DNA of 64,000 nucleotides from the NCBI GenBank assembly GCA_036019775.1, contig JAYXXD010000001.1, forward strand, positions 3,202 through 67,201, read 5' to 3'. This DNA comes from Thermoplasmatota archaeon. GTDB lineage: Archaea > Thermoplasmatota > Poseidoniia > Poseidoniales > Poseidoniaceae. Shown here one piece after another: positions 51,448 to 61,362 of the stretch. The notes under the pieces are model-generated. The model did no database searches. It saw only the letters and a list, made by a program, of their open reading frames with translations, and was not told where the DNA came from. Each line of letters begins with the position of its first letter. Positions within the stretch are counted from its first letter, which is position 1. The position numbers and the translations under genes are program-made.

Positions 51448-52245
51448 ATGAGTGAAGAAGGAACCATCACCCCTGAAGTTCAAATCGGACAACTCGAAGA
51501 GGCTCTTGCGACTGAAACTGATCGGTTGAAGAAACTCTTTGCAGCTTATGAAACTCAAGAAAAGGAACTCGTTGATGCACGTGCAGAAATTGAAGTTCTT
51601 GAGAAAGAAATTATCGACAAAGAGATTGAGCGAGAAGCTCAAGAATCACTCATCGCCGAGAAGGATTTTCGAATTCGTGAACTTGAAATGAAGGCAACCA
51701 AGGCTGACAAGCGTGTCGAGCATTTGGAACCTGCTCTCCAAACTATGGAAGAAAAGTATTCACGTGAGAAGGATCGACTTGGCAAAGTCTTCGGTATTGC
51801 TGAAGAACTTGATAACGACCTCAAACTCGCTGTGTCAGAAATGAAAGCACGAGATGATTGGTATGTTGCCCACATGACCCTGTTTGAGGATTTGAACAAG
51901 GCGATTAAGGAACGTTACGAAATGATTGAGAGTGCTGTTGAAGCCGAGCGCCAATCTCAACACATGTCTCGTGCCTTCACAGAGCGCATGGATGAGATGG
52001 TCGAAGCGCGAGCAGCAGAAATGACCGTTGAAGAAGCAGAATCCCTCATTGAAGAGGAATCTGCAACAGATTCAGAAGCGGCTGAAGAACCCGTGCCTGA
52101 GGAAACATCATCCGAAGAAACAGAAGAAAATGAAACCCCACCCGAGGAAGTTTCTCCTGAAGCCGAATCGAAAGAAGAGGAACAGGCTGAAGCATCGGAG
52201 GAAGATACCTGGAATTCCGATGTCGACCCTTGGTCTGACAATTGA
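51448..52245 (+). CDS. Acidic coiled-coil protein
   Basis: Long heptad/E-K-rich helix followed by a Glu-rich low-complexity tail ending WNSDVDPW. Confidence 0.8.
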   Translation: MSEEGTITPEVQIGQLEEALATETDRLKKLFAAYETQEKELVDARAEIEVLEKEIIDKEIEREAQESLIAEKDFRIRELEMKATKADKRVEHLEPALQTMEEKYSREKDRLGKVFGIAEELDNDLKLAVSEMKARDDWYVAHMTLFEDLNKAIKERYEMIESAVEAERQSQHMSRAFTERMDEMVEARAAEMTVEEAESLIEEESATDSEAAEEPVPEETSSEETEENETPPEEVSPEAESKEEEQAEASEEDTWNSDVDPWSDN

Positions 52246-52256
52246 GGTGAATCTCC

Positions 52257-53111
52257 GTGGCAGGTCTCGCCCGAGGCGGGCATGCACCAGTTGCAACGTT
52301 CGCCATTGCAGGAATTGCGATTCTCATCGGGGGAATCTATCTCGATACGCTCAATGGCCTCATGCCATTTCTTGGTGTTCTTTGCCTTATGATTGCAGTC
52401 TTCTTTGCGAATTTTTGGAGAGACCCTGATCGCCCAATTCCGAAAGAGGCTGGTCTATTGGTTTCTCCAGCTGATGGCCACGTGATGTTCGTACGACGTG
52501 AACGTGCTACAGGACGCCGTCCTTCAAAATCCGAACGAGAACTTGGCGGTATTGAGCATGATGAATTCACAGGTGATTGGTATCCTGAACCATGTGAAAA
52601 TCCAACGTCTTTCGAAACAGAACAACGCTTCGTCCCTGTAGACGGGAAGGAATTGGAAACAGATGTTTGGCGAATTGCTATCTTCATGTCTCCTCTTGAT
52701 GTCCATGTCAATCGCGCACCACGCGCTTCAAAAATCATAATGATGGAACACCGAACTGGAAAAGGACGACGACGTGGACCATTCGCACCTGCGTATCGAA
52801 AAGAAAGCGAGTATAATGAACGAGTTCGCACAGTCTTTGAATCGAACGATGGGGAACGAATTGAAGTTACCCAGATATCAGGAGCACTTGCACGTACAAT
52901 AGTCCCTTGGAAAGGAATCGGTGACGAATTACGGCGAGGTGAACGATACGGTATGATTCGACTTGGTAGTCGAGTCGATGTTCGAGTTCCTGCAGCGTTT
53001 TATCAGCCCCGAGTTATCTCTGCAGAAGCAAAACACCCTCAACACCCTAAGGGACAATTCATTAGAGCAGGCGCAGATATTATCTTCAAAAGAATTCTTG
53101 AAGAGGAATAA
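52257..53111 (+). CDS. psd: Phosphatidylserine/archaetidylserine decarboxylase proenzyme
   Basis: F.RDPDR, VSPADG, IFMSPLDVHVNRAP, NER, QISG.LAR and G.IRLGSRVD self-cleavage motif. Confidence 0.92.
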   Translation: MAGLARGGHAPVATFAIAGIAILIGGIYLDTLNGLMPFLGVLCLMIAVFFANFWRDPDRPIPKEAGLLVSPADGHVMFVRRERATGRRPSKSERELGGIEHDEFTGDWYPEPCENPTSFETEQRFVPVDGKELETDVWRIAIFMSPLDVHVNRAPRASKIIMMEHRTGKGRRRGPFAPAYRKESEYNERVRTVFESNDGERIEVTQISGALARTIVPWKGIGDELRRGERYGMIRLGSRVDVRVPAAFYQPRVISAEAKHPQHPKGQFIRAGADIIFKRILEEE

Positions 53112-53124
53112 GTGAGGTGTGAAT

Positions 53125-54291
53125 ATGGCATTCGAGAAAGGACTGACCATCCTGGGCAATGAGTCAAAGAGTCTCAAGATCCATGACCTCGTGAAAGCGC
53201 CAGCGAATACACCGTGGGCCAAGGAGCGTCAACATTCCTGGGATGCCTCATTCCCTGCAACAGTGTACTCAACGCCAGAGATGACAAGAGACGGCGAACC
53301 GTGTACTGCTGTAACTGTTATTCTTCGAACCAAAGGTTGCCACTGGTGGTGGTCATCCGGATGTACCTTTTGTGGCTACTTTAATGATACACGTGATGAC
53401 GTAAATAGCGAGGACCTCCATGCGCAATGGCAGCATGCAAAAGAGAAGTTTAGCAATTTCGAAAATCATGCAATGGTCAAGGTTTACACTTCTGGATCTT
53501 TACTCGAAGATCGAGAAATTCCAGTTGATTTCCAAGAAACCGTTCTCCGTGATTGCTTTGAAATGAAAAAAGAACTCATCGTTGAAAGCCGAACCGAACA
53601 ACTTACGGAAGAGAAATTAGCATGGGCTACATCCATTAATCCAAATTTCACCGTCGCTATCGGTCTCGAAGCATATGATGATGAAGTACTAAGGTTCCAC
53701 GTGAATAAAGGATTTTCAGTTGCTTCGTGGGACCGAGCGGTTGAAAAATTAAACAAATTCAATCTTCGGGTAAAGACATATTTGATGTTCAAGCCCCCAT
53801 TCATGAGCGAAGCTGATGCGCTTGATCATTGCATTAAATGGATTGAAGCCGTCGCTGAGCAAAGCGATGAAATCTCCATTAATCCAATGAACATTCAACG
53901 CGGAACCGTCATCGATCGCCTTCATCGACACCGAGAGTATCGGCCCCCTTGGTTGTGGTCCCTGGTAGAACTCATCCAACAGAGCCATCATATCGTGCAT
54001 CCTGATGGTGGAACAAATGCAGATAGTGGACAAATTTCGCGTTTGATTATTCATCCAACAGCAGGAGGGAAAATCCGAGGTTCACATAACTGTGGTGAAT
54101 GTGATGCAGAAGTCGTAGCCGCAATTGAGCGATATGCTGTATCCGGCTCTTTGGAGGAGTTCCAAGGTCTTGATTGTACCTGCAAAAGCCGTTGGAATCA
54201 AGAACTCAGAAATGACCGTTCAATTCCAGTCCCACTGGGAACCTCTATGCCTCGACGCGGCTCAATCACTGAAATTCTTCGCTCACCATAA
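53125..54291 (+). CDS. Archaeosine biosynthesis radical SAM enzyme RaSEA
   Basis: LRTKGC.W....GCTFCGY, YTSGS.L...E, VESR, IGLE, NKG, KPPF and YRPPWLWS. Confidence 0.88.
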   Translation: MAFEKGLTILGNESKSLKIHDLVKAPANTPWAKERQHSWDASFPATVYSTPEMTRDGEPCTAVTVILRTKGCHWWWSSGCTFCGYFNDTRDDVNSEDLHAQWQHAKEKFSNFENHAMVKVYTSGSLLEDREIPVDFQETVLRDCFEMKKELIVESRTEQLTEEKLAWATSINPNFTVAIGLEAYDDEVLRFHVNKGFSVASWDRAVEKLNKFNLRVKTYLMFKPPFMSEADALDHCIKWIEAVAEQSDEISINPMNIQRGTVIDRLHRHREYRPPWLWSLVELIQQSHHIVHPDGGTNADSGQISRLIIHPTAGGKIRGSHNCGECDAEVVAAIERYAVSGSLEEFQGLDCTCKSRWNQELRNDRSIPVPLGTSMPRRGSITEILRSP

Positions 54292-54392
54292 TGGACGCGA
54301 TTAACGATGTCGTTCAATGGCGCTCTTGGTGAATGTTTATCACCGCGCTTTGAGTCGCAGGCATGTCCATCTTAGGCACGTGAGGGCTCATA

Positions 54393-54665
54393 ATGTCGAA
54401 CAGCACCGAACTCCCCGATGCAGTTATTGGAACTGCAGAACCATCATCCAGCCGTATCATTCTCGTATTGCTTTCAGTTGTAACTGTCGGCATGTTTGGA
54501 TTGTTTAGCACAATCTTTGGGTGGGACAACATTCCTGTCGCTGGAGATATTGTTCCATTAATGTCAAATCTCGGAGGTTCTGGAATTTGGTATTACTTAC
54601 TCGGATTTATAATCGGACTTGGTGCGATTGTATCGACACTAGCAGGCGAGGTCCTTGCAGATTGA
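54393..54665 (+). CDS. Small 2-TM membrane protein
   Basis: Two hydrophobic helices; GAGGTG RBS couples it to the next gene. Confidence 0.7.
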   Translation: MSNSTELPDAVIGTAEPSSSRIILVLLSVVTVGMFGLFSTIFGWDNIPVAGDIVPLMSNLGGSGIWYYLLGFIIGLGAIVSTLAGEVLAD

Positions 54666-54675
54666 GGTGATATGA

Positions 54676-56637
54676 ATGGATGCAGTATTCATTGCTCTTG
54701 CCTTCTTTTTTACTGTTGTTGGATTTGCAACATTTTACGTTCAGCGTGGAATAGGAAATATGGCAGATCCGATGCGCCAGTTCGGACTGTTCCTCCTCAA
54801 CAAAGCGCCCGCAGGTATTGTTGACCTTTTCAGTGATGGGAAAGGCAGCGGTTCCAAAACGTGGATGAATTTTGGAATGATTTGGCTCACTTTTGCTGCC
54901 ATTGGAACATTCCTTGCTCTTTGGCATGATTATGATGCAACAGCATTGGATTCACTTGCAAGCATTGGTTGGGAATACGACGATGGGAGTTCATTGAACG
55001 CATTTGTTGATATCACGCTCATGACAGGCCTCATGTCGATTCTAATTGGCGGCGGACTTGTTGCAGCAGCACGAGCAGGAGCAGGTCGACTTGCTAGTGA
55101 AGCAAATGCGAGTCTCACCGCACTTCTGTTCTCGGTTTTGACAATCTCTTCGATGCTTCTTCCTACAATTCTTGGCCTTATTTTCGATTTATCAGCAGCA
55201 AATGATGCATTCATCAAAGACCTCTTTCTGAATGCTCTTCGTTCATTCATCATCATTGCTGTAATGATCAACGTTCTCATTACAGTTGGCCAACGAAAAG
55301 GAGAGGTTGTTTCAGCGAGCAATTGGTTCCTGTTCATGGCGCTTGCTTCGTTTATTTTCGGTTCACAATTCCGCTTCTTTGGAGAACTCGCAGATTCTAC
55401 TCAAACCGTTTGGCTCGGTGAGAGAATGTCTCAGTCTTGGACACTTATCGCACTTCTATTCGCTGTGGCTTATCACGTTGTTCCACGAGCCGCAAGTCGT
55501 CCAATTTGGTCGGATTCAATGACAAAAGCGAGCCTTCTTCTCCTCTTTTTCACATTACCACCGTTTTTGTTATCTTCAGCAGATGCTGGAACGCTGCTTG
55601 AGAATATCGGAGCCATCTTGATGACGCTTGCACTACTTCCAATTTTGGCTGGTTCTGTGAACATTATCATGACTTCATTGAGCAATGCGACTGGTGTTGT
55701 CTCACGACCGGGTGCACTAGCCGCAACCATCGCAATGGTCTTTTTCCCACTGTACGCCCTTGGAGGATACTTCACTTCACTTGATGTTTTCATAGGGCTA
55801 GGAGCTCTAAACGATATGGCTGAGACAGTTGATATCGGATTCATGTGGACTGTTGGTGGTTTGATGGCTGTTGCTTGTGTTGCTGAATCTTACCCTCTTG
55901 CAGGAGATCGACAACTTTCCTCGCCTTCATCTGCATCGCTGTCGACGATGTTGATTGCTTTCGGTGGGGTTACCTCTACGGTTGCAAAATTGATGGGAGA
56001 CTTCACAGAAAAAGCACTTCTTGATTCTGGAAGCGAAGATGTCGTCATGACAGATGGTGGTTTCAGCCTTACCGCTGCTGTTTTGTTTTACTTTGGATCA
56101 ATTGGTATTATACTCTTGTTCCTCAATCTCATCCGCACTTCAATTGGTGGCGTAAAAGTCGATACATCTGTTTCAACGACATCAGACATCTCTCGTTATT
56201 CGATGCAACCTGGTGAATCCTCAATTCGCAAGCTATTGCAACGTGGAGTGGGCGTGGATACAATTCTCGTTGTTGGAGCAGATGTCGAAGACGAAGGCGG
56301 AATGACAATCATCGATGTATCGTCAACATTGCACGATGACGAAATTGATGAATTCCCAGTCGAAAAGAACGAGCTGGAAATGTTATCCGATTATCTGGCA
56401 AAGAAAGACATCAGTATTTTCGAATTCTTCCGGTCAATAGACCTTGACGACTCTGGCCTCATTGATGGATATGAACTTCAGCAAGCACTGCGGAATGCAG
56501 AAATTGCAGATTTACCTCCATGGGATATCGCCAAGTTGATGGAATTTGTTGATATTGATGGCGACGGACGAGTAAATCTTCCAGAGCTTGATATTGCAAT
56601 TGCACGTGTTCGTTCAGGCGTATCTGAAGAAGAGTGA
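54676..56637 (+). CDS. Polytopic membrane protein (degenerate heme-copper oxidase subunit I-like) with C-terminal EF-hand pair
   Basis: About 13 TM segments; DLDDSGLIDGYE and DIDGDGRVNLPE canonical EF loops; CcoN-like loop motifs. Confidence 0.75.
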   Translation: MDAVFIALAFFFTVVGFATFYVQRGIGNMADPMRQFGLFLLNKAPAGIVDLFSDGKGSGSKTWMNFGMIWLTFAAIGTFLALWHDYDATALDSLASIGWEYDDGSSLNAFVDITLMTGLMSILIGGGLVAAARAGAGRLASEANASLTALLFSVLTISSMLLPTILGLIFDLSAANDAFIKDLFLNALRSFIIIAVMINVLITVGQRKGEVVSASNWFLFMALASFIFGSQFRFFGELADSTQTVWLGERMSQSWTLIALLFAVAYHVVPRAASRPIWSDSMTKASLLLLFFTLPPFLLSSADAGTLLENIGAILMTLALLPILAGSVNIIMTSLSNATGVVSRPGALAATIAMVFFPLYALGGYFTSLDVFIGLGALNDMAETVDIGFMWTVGGLMAVACVAESYPLAGDRQLSSPSSASLSTMLIAFGGVTSTVAKLMGDFTEKALLDSGSEDVVMTDGGFSLTAAVLFYFGSIGIILLFLNLIRTSIGGVKVDTSVSTTSDISRYSMQPGESSIRKLLQRGVGVDTILVVGADVEDEGGMTIIDVSSTLHDDEIDEFPVEKNELEMLSDYLAKKDISIFEFFRSIDLDDSGLIDGYELQQALRNAEIADLPPWDIAKLMEFVDIDGDGRVNLPELDIAIARVRSGVSEEE

Positions 56638-56654
56638 GACGAGGCGGTCTAACC

Positions 56655-57929
56655 GTGCGTGTAGGTTTGGTTGGAAAACCAAATGTTGGAAAGTCAACGT
56701 TCTTCTCAGCATCGACACTCATTCCTGTGGACATTGCGAATTACCCTTTTTGTACGATAGAACCCAATGTCGGGTTTTCTTTCATCCCCAGTCGGCAACC
56801 ATGCCCATGCGGTGATTTACGTGAACGTCTAGAGGAGAGTGGGCGCGCTCAATTTAGTGATGAACGAGGTGGTAGCATATGCACTCCAAGGACAGGTTCT
56901 TGTCATGGTCATCAACGTTATGTTCCCTGTTTGCTTGTTGATGTTGCTGGTCTAGTACCGGGTGCGAATGAAGGCCGTGGGAGAGGGAATGCCTTTCTAT
57001 CAGATTTAGCAGAGTGTGATGCACTAATCCAAGTCATTGATGTTGCTGGTACGACAGATATCGAGGGAAACCCTACCGGATTGAAAGCAACTAAGGAAGA
57101 AGCCATTCAACAGGCTCTTGCAGAGGTAGAATTTCTCACGAATGAGTTGGATGCTTGGATTCTTGGCCTTGTAAAAGACGGTTGGTCCAGAGGTGCTCGG
57201 AGAATACAAGCCGAAGGCGTGAAAGGATTTACACAATTTCTTCAAGAACGTCTATCCGGTTTAGGTGCAACCGAAATAATGTGTCAACGATCTTTTGATA
57301 TGTTTGCACAAAAGCACTCCGACATGACGTCACCATGGGATTGGTCTGATGATGTGTTGATACTTCTCGCCTCGTCTCTGCGTGTAAATTTATTTCCAAT
57401 CTTTGTCGCAGGAAACAAAGCAGATTTAGCACCAGAAGGCGTTGTTGAACACCTTAATGCAATGCTTCCATCATTCACACCTTGTTCCGCTGAAACTGAG
57501 CTTGCACTTCGTCAAGCAGGTAAAGCAGGATTCATTACCTACAAGTTGGGCGACTCATTTTTTGAATTAAATAAAGACCAATCTATGAGTGAAGCACAAC
57601 AGAAGGGTCTCGATGTATTAGCAGAACGTCTGCATAGAATGCAAGGCACTGGAATTCTCAAGTTGCTTGATCAAGTGTTGTTTGATGAACTTGAGCGTAT
57701 TGTGGTTTATCCTGTTCAGGATGAAGCTCAATGGACTGATGGTGAGGGGCATGTTCTTCCCGATGCATTCGTCGTTCCAAATGGAATACAAGCAAAGCAA
57801 GTTGCTTACAAGGTTCATTCAGACCTTGGTGATGGATTCATCAAGGGCGTTGATGCTCGCACACGACGAATTGTTGGTGCTGAACATCAACTTACAGACG
57901 GAGATGTTCTGAGGATCCATTCTAAGTGA
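56655..57929 (+). CDS. ychF: Archaeal YchF-type OBG-family NTPase with TGS domain
   Basis: GKPNVGKST, ANYPF.TIEPN.G, DVAGLV.GA..GRG.GN.FL, NKAD and VHSDL. Confidence 0.88.
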   Translation: MRVGLVGKPNVGKSTFFSASTLIPVDIANYPFCTIEPNVGFSFIPSRQPCPCGDLRERLEESGRAQFSDERGGSICTPRTGSCHGHQRYVPCLLVDVAGLVPGANEGRGRGNAFLSDLAECDALIQVIDVAGTTDIEGNPTGLKATKEEAIQQALAEVEFLTNELDAWILGLVKDGWSRGARRIQAEGVKGFTQFLQERLSGLGATEIMCQRSFDMFAQKHSDMTSPWDWSDDVLILLASSLRVNLFPIFVAGNKADLAPEGVVEHLNAMLPSFTPCSAETELALRQAGKAGFITYKLGDSFFELNKDQSMSEAQQKGLDVLAERLHRMQGTGILKLLDQVLFDELERIVVYPVQDEAQWTDGEGHVLPDAFVVPNGIQAKQVAYKVHSDLGDGFIKGVDARTRRIVGAEHQLTDGDVLRIHSK

Positions 57930-57933
57930 CAAT

Positions 57934-58320
57934 TCAATGCCCTTTTGGTCGCTCATATTCAGGTGTCAGCCGAGCAAGATTGCTCGAGTATTTTGCTGCA
58001 CCAGTGATAAAGACAACAATCGACGCAAGCGTAAGCAATGTGAGCATGATTAGCATGTACCAGCCCCATGGATCAACACCTCGAATTGTGGTGATGAAAA
58101 TTCCCCACAAAACGGTCAGATAGAGAAATGGACGGTAGCGGCGAGTGACGGTACTCAGTCGGGCCGACTTCAGGGTATCGTCGTAGAGGTTTGCAACCTC
58201 ATCTTTGCTAACATAACCATGCTCGACTCCACAACGAGAGCAAACTTGTGTGTTTGGTCCGTTCCCGTGAATAAAAAATTCACGAGGATAGGTTCCAGAG
58301 CAGAGTCGACAGATTGGCAT
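57934..58320 (-). CDS. Hypothetical membrane protein with N-terminal CxxC...CxxC
   Basis: CRLC...CSRC followed by two TM segments. Confidence 0.7.
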   Translation of the reverse strand: MPICRLCSGTYPREFFIHGNGPNTQVCSRCGVEHGYVSKDEVANLYDDTLKSARLSTVTRRYRPFLYLTVLWGIFITTIRGVDPWGWYMLIMLTLLTLASIVVFITGAAKYSSNLARLTPEYERPKGH

Positions 58321-58369
58321 CTTGTTCCCTCATTCCAATCCAATAGGTGCCGTCATTTCAACCATGCGC

Positions 58370-60568
58370 TCAAGAATCTAGGAATTTCGAAAGAATGTAA
58401 ACTCCAGACTGGCTTCCAACTGATTCAGGATGAAATTGAATACCAAAAACTGGGACATCGCTTGAATGGAAACCAAGAACCAACGATCCTGTATCATCGG
58501 TTGCATCGAGAGTGAGCTTTGAATTTTCGTGAACATCCGCTGATAAAAATGTCAAGGAATTGTAACGTGTCATCATGACATCACGAAGCCCTTCGAACAT
58601 GTTCTTCTCTTCATGGAGACATTTGACAGGTATGCCATGAACGGGACCTATCGGGCTCGGGACAAGACTCAATCCTGCAACTACTCCAATGGCTTGATGC
58701 CCAAGGCAAATCCCAAGCAGAGGAGGTGTTTCTCCCCTTAGCGATAATCTTGCTAATTCCATCGTAAGAGGGCTATCATTCGGCCATCCAGGGCCTGGTC
58801 CAAGAATAATGTGTGATGGTTGCAGATCATCGAGCAACTGTTGGGCAGAAAAATCTATTTTTTCACGTCCAGAAACAATGTTCACGTGATGCCCTAAGCC
58901 ACATATTTCATGAGCAATGTTGTATGTAAATGAATCCAAATTATCAACGAGTAGGACTGCATTTTTCTTGTATTGTGATGTTTGAATTTGGCAAGAGACC
59001 TGGTGAGTACTCTGGTTCGACTCAAGAGGCAGAGGGTATATTCCCAGCGTTTTTTCAGGACTTGAGCTGAAAGAATCGTTTATCCAGCCACATGAACGTA
59101 GAAGAGCATTGGCTTTCCATTTCGCTTCTGCAACCTCTGATTTTGGATTGGATTCGATGGTAATTCCACCGCCAGCAGAAACTGAAGAGTGCCACACTCC
59201 TTTTCGTCTATGTAGTTCTGCCGTGCGGATGAGAATGTTCCATGATGAGTATCCTGTCAAAGGATCAAACCACCCGATTGAACCGGTCCAAAACGAACGT
59301 GGTTTTCTCTCCAATTCATCAATTGCTGCACAGACTACTGTTCTAGGACATCCCGTAATCGAACCCCCGGGAAATACATTCTCTATGGCATCAAAGAGAT
59401 CGATGTCATCTCGTAACCGTCCCTTTATTCGCGATACGAGATGTTGAACCTCTGAATATGCTTCAACATCAAATCGGTCGACCCAAACCTGATTTGGTTT
59501 CGCAATTCGCCCGATATCGTTTCGCATTAAATCAACCAACATTCGATGCTCAGCACGCTCTTTACGGTCGGAAATCATGTCCTCGCGAAGAAGTAATTCT
59601 TCTGCATCTGACGCACCTCGTGGAGCAGTTCCTTTGATTGGAGCGGTCGTAATGATTCCATTTTCTGTGCAAAGAAGCGATTCAGGTGATGCTGAAACAA
59701 GAGCAAATTCCTCATCTTTCATGTGGAGAAAACCAGAATATGGTGCAGGATTTGATGCAATAGAATGCCGGAAAACATCCCATGGTTCGGATTGAATTTC
59801 ACCTTCCCAAGTGCGTCCATAGTTCAATTGATACAACTGCCCATCGACAATAGCTGATTGAACATCCTTGACTACTTCTTCATGCTCGCCATCAGTACAA
59901 TTAGAACTTGGTAGTTGAGCGAGCAATGTTTCAATTTCATCAAGCTCTTCCTTTACATCGTTAAGACAATTCAACGCACCGCTTCTCCAATTCTCATCTG
60001 TCGATAAAACCAAAAAACAATCACGTTCTTTGTCATATACTATACAACGTTCAATGTGCCATAAAACGCATAATAAATTCCCCTCAGCTGGCGGATATTG
60101 AAGTCTCAGTGGTTGTGTCAATTGCAAGAGATCGTAGGAAAGCCCTCCTGCCCAAAATGGACCACGGAATGGAAGATCTTTAGGACATTCTCCAGAAAAC
60201 GTGGATTCATTTGCCGGGCACATTTCTCTCAGTCCTGTAGCTAATGACGAATGTGAGCTCGTTGAGGATTGAATCCAAATTTTACCGTTCCATTTCTCTT
60301 CTCGGAATGTAAATTGTGGTCTTTCTTCAAGGCGAATATCACCTGAAAGAGGTGAATGTCTTTGCTGCATTGGTAGAGTTTCACTTGAAGGCTGTCGGAT
60401 GGTAACTCGAGTGGTTGAGGGGCCACATAAGAACGAAAAACGGGACAAATGACTCGTAGGTCCTGCTGAAACGAGCATGAATTCATCACTCGTTCCAAAT
60501 GCACCAGCATTTGGGCCAATAAGTCCCCGTTCGATGAGGAGCTGGCGAATAGAGTTCATCGATTTCAT
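58370..60568 (-). CDS. Fused chorismate-binding (PabB/TrpE) and glutamine amidotransferase (PabA/TrpG) protein, probable aminodeoxychorismate synthase
   Basis: NPAPYS, SASPE, PIKGT.PR, KERAEH.MLVDL.RND, FPGGSITG.P, GGGI; C-terminal DN.DSFTYN, GICLGHQ and QFHPES. Confidence 0.88.
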   Translation of the reverse strand: MKSMNSIRQLLIERGLIGPNAGAFGTSDEFMLVSAGPTSHLSRFSFLCGPSTTRVTIRQPSSETLPMQQRHSPLSGDIRLEERPQFTFREEKWNGKIWIQSSTSSHSSLATGLREMCPANESTFSGECPKDLPFRGPFWAGGLSYDLLQLTQPLRLQYPPAEGNLLCVLWHIERCIVYDKERDCFLVLSTDENWRSGALNCLNDVKEELDEIETLLAQLPSSNCTDGEHEEVVKDVQSAIVDGQLYQLNYGRTWEGEIQSEPWDVFRHSIASNPAPYSGFLHMKDEEFALVSASPESLLCTENGIITTAPIKGTAPRGASDAEELLLREDMISDRKERAEHRMLVDLMRNDIGRIAKPNQVWVDRFDVEAYSEVQHLVSRIKGRLRDDIDLFDAIENVFPGGSITGCPRTVVCAAIDELERKPRSFWTGSIGWFDPLTGYSSWNILIRTAELHRRKGVWHSSVSAGGGITIESNPKSEVAEAKWKANALLRSCGWINDSFSSSPEKTLGIYPLPLESNQSTHQVSCQIQTSQYKKNAVLLVDNLDSFTYNIAHEICGLGHHVNIVSGREKIDFSAQQLLDDLQPSHIILGPGPGWPNDSPLTMELARLSLRGETPPLLGICLGHQAIGVVAGLSLVPSPIGPVHGIPVKCLHEEKNMFEGLRDVMMTRYNSLTFLSADVHENSKLTLDATDDTGSLVLGFHSSDVPVFGIQFHPESVGSQSGVYILSKFLDS

Positions 60569-61323
60569 TCCCAAACCTCTGTCCAAAGATTTTCGTTCTT
60601 GTACTGTCCATCGAGAATTGAAACACAATGTTCGAAAAGGAATGAACTTTCATTCCCGATCGGATCACCATCGATTGAATCGATTTTTAGTACATTTACT
60701 CCACTTCCGACGGCGATAGCCTCAACGCATCGAGCCACAAGGCGCTCATTGAGAATTCCACGTTGAATGAAAAACCCCTTCATCACCAATTCATCTTCAA
60801 GCAACTCAAAGGTAATTGAATCAACCGAAAGTTCTGAACTACTTCTCCAAATAACACCGTCTTCATCCAAGATAAGAGGTGTACATCTATCGCAATCAAT
60901 AATCGAATAATTGTGAATAAGGAGAGCTAAATCAGCCCCATGACGCTCTGCACGCTCTCGGGCATCACCATATGATTTCCATTCACCATGTTTCGTTCCA
61001 GCTACACGCTTTGGCCAAACTTTACTGGGTACTGTAATGGCGTCCACTTGTTCGTTTTGAATTGAAAATGAGCGATATGAGATGCGGAGTTCGAGAGTAG
61101 AAGTGCATTCAAGCCGAAGGAGACCTTCAGTTAAATCAGGAGGGTTTTTTTGAAGCAAGTCGAGAATTGAATCAAAATCAATTTTCGAAGTATCAATTCT
61201 CAATTTATCGGCATGAAGCCTCAAACGGTTGAGATGATTTTCGAGCAAAAATACGCCTTGGCTTTTTGAAAACCTCATTGTTGTGAATACCGATGACCGA
61301 GGGCCCTGTTTAACCCCGCTCAT
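60565..61323 (-). CDS. Class IV PLP-dependent aminotransferase family (PabC-like ADC lyase)
   Basis: VFTTMR, HL.RL...A and TKH; 4-nt overlap with the pabB/A fusion. Confidence 0.7.
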   Translation of the reverse strand: MSGVKQGPRSSVFTTMRFSKSQGVFLLENHLNRLRLHADKLRIDTSKIDFDSILDLLQKNPPDLTEGLLRLECTSTLELRISYRSFSIQNEQVDAITVPSKVWPKRVAGTKHGEWKSYGDARERAERHGADLALLIHNYSIIDCDRCTPLILDEDGVIWRSSSELSVDSITFELLEDELVMKGFFIQRGILNERLVARCVEAIAVGSGVNVLKIDSIDGDPIGNESSFLFEHCVSILDGQYKNENLWTEVWE

Positions 61324-61362
61324 GCTTAGTCCTCAACGCGCTATGCCTTGAGCATCTCGGTG

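Noticed and set aside
54676..56637. Functional cbb3 cytochrome c oxidase
   Set aside because: Heme/CuB histidine ligands appear absent and there are no ccoO/ccoP neighbours
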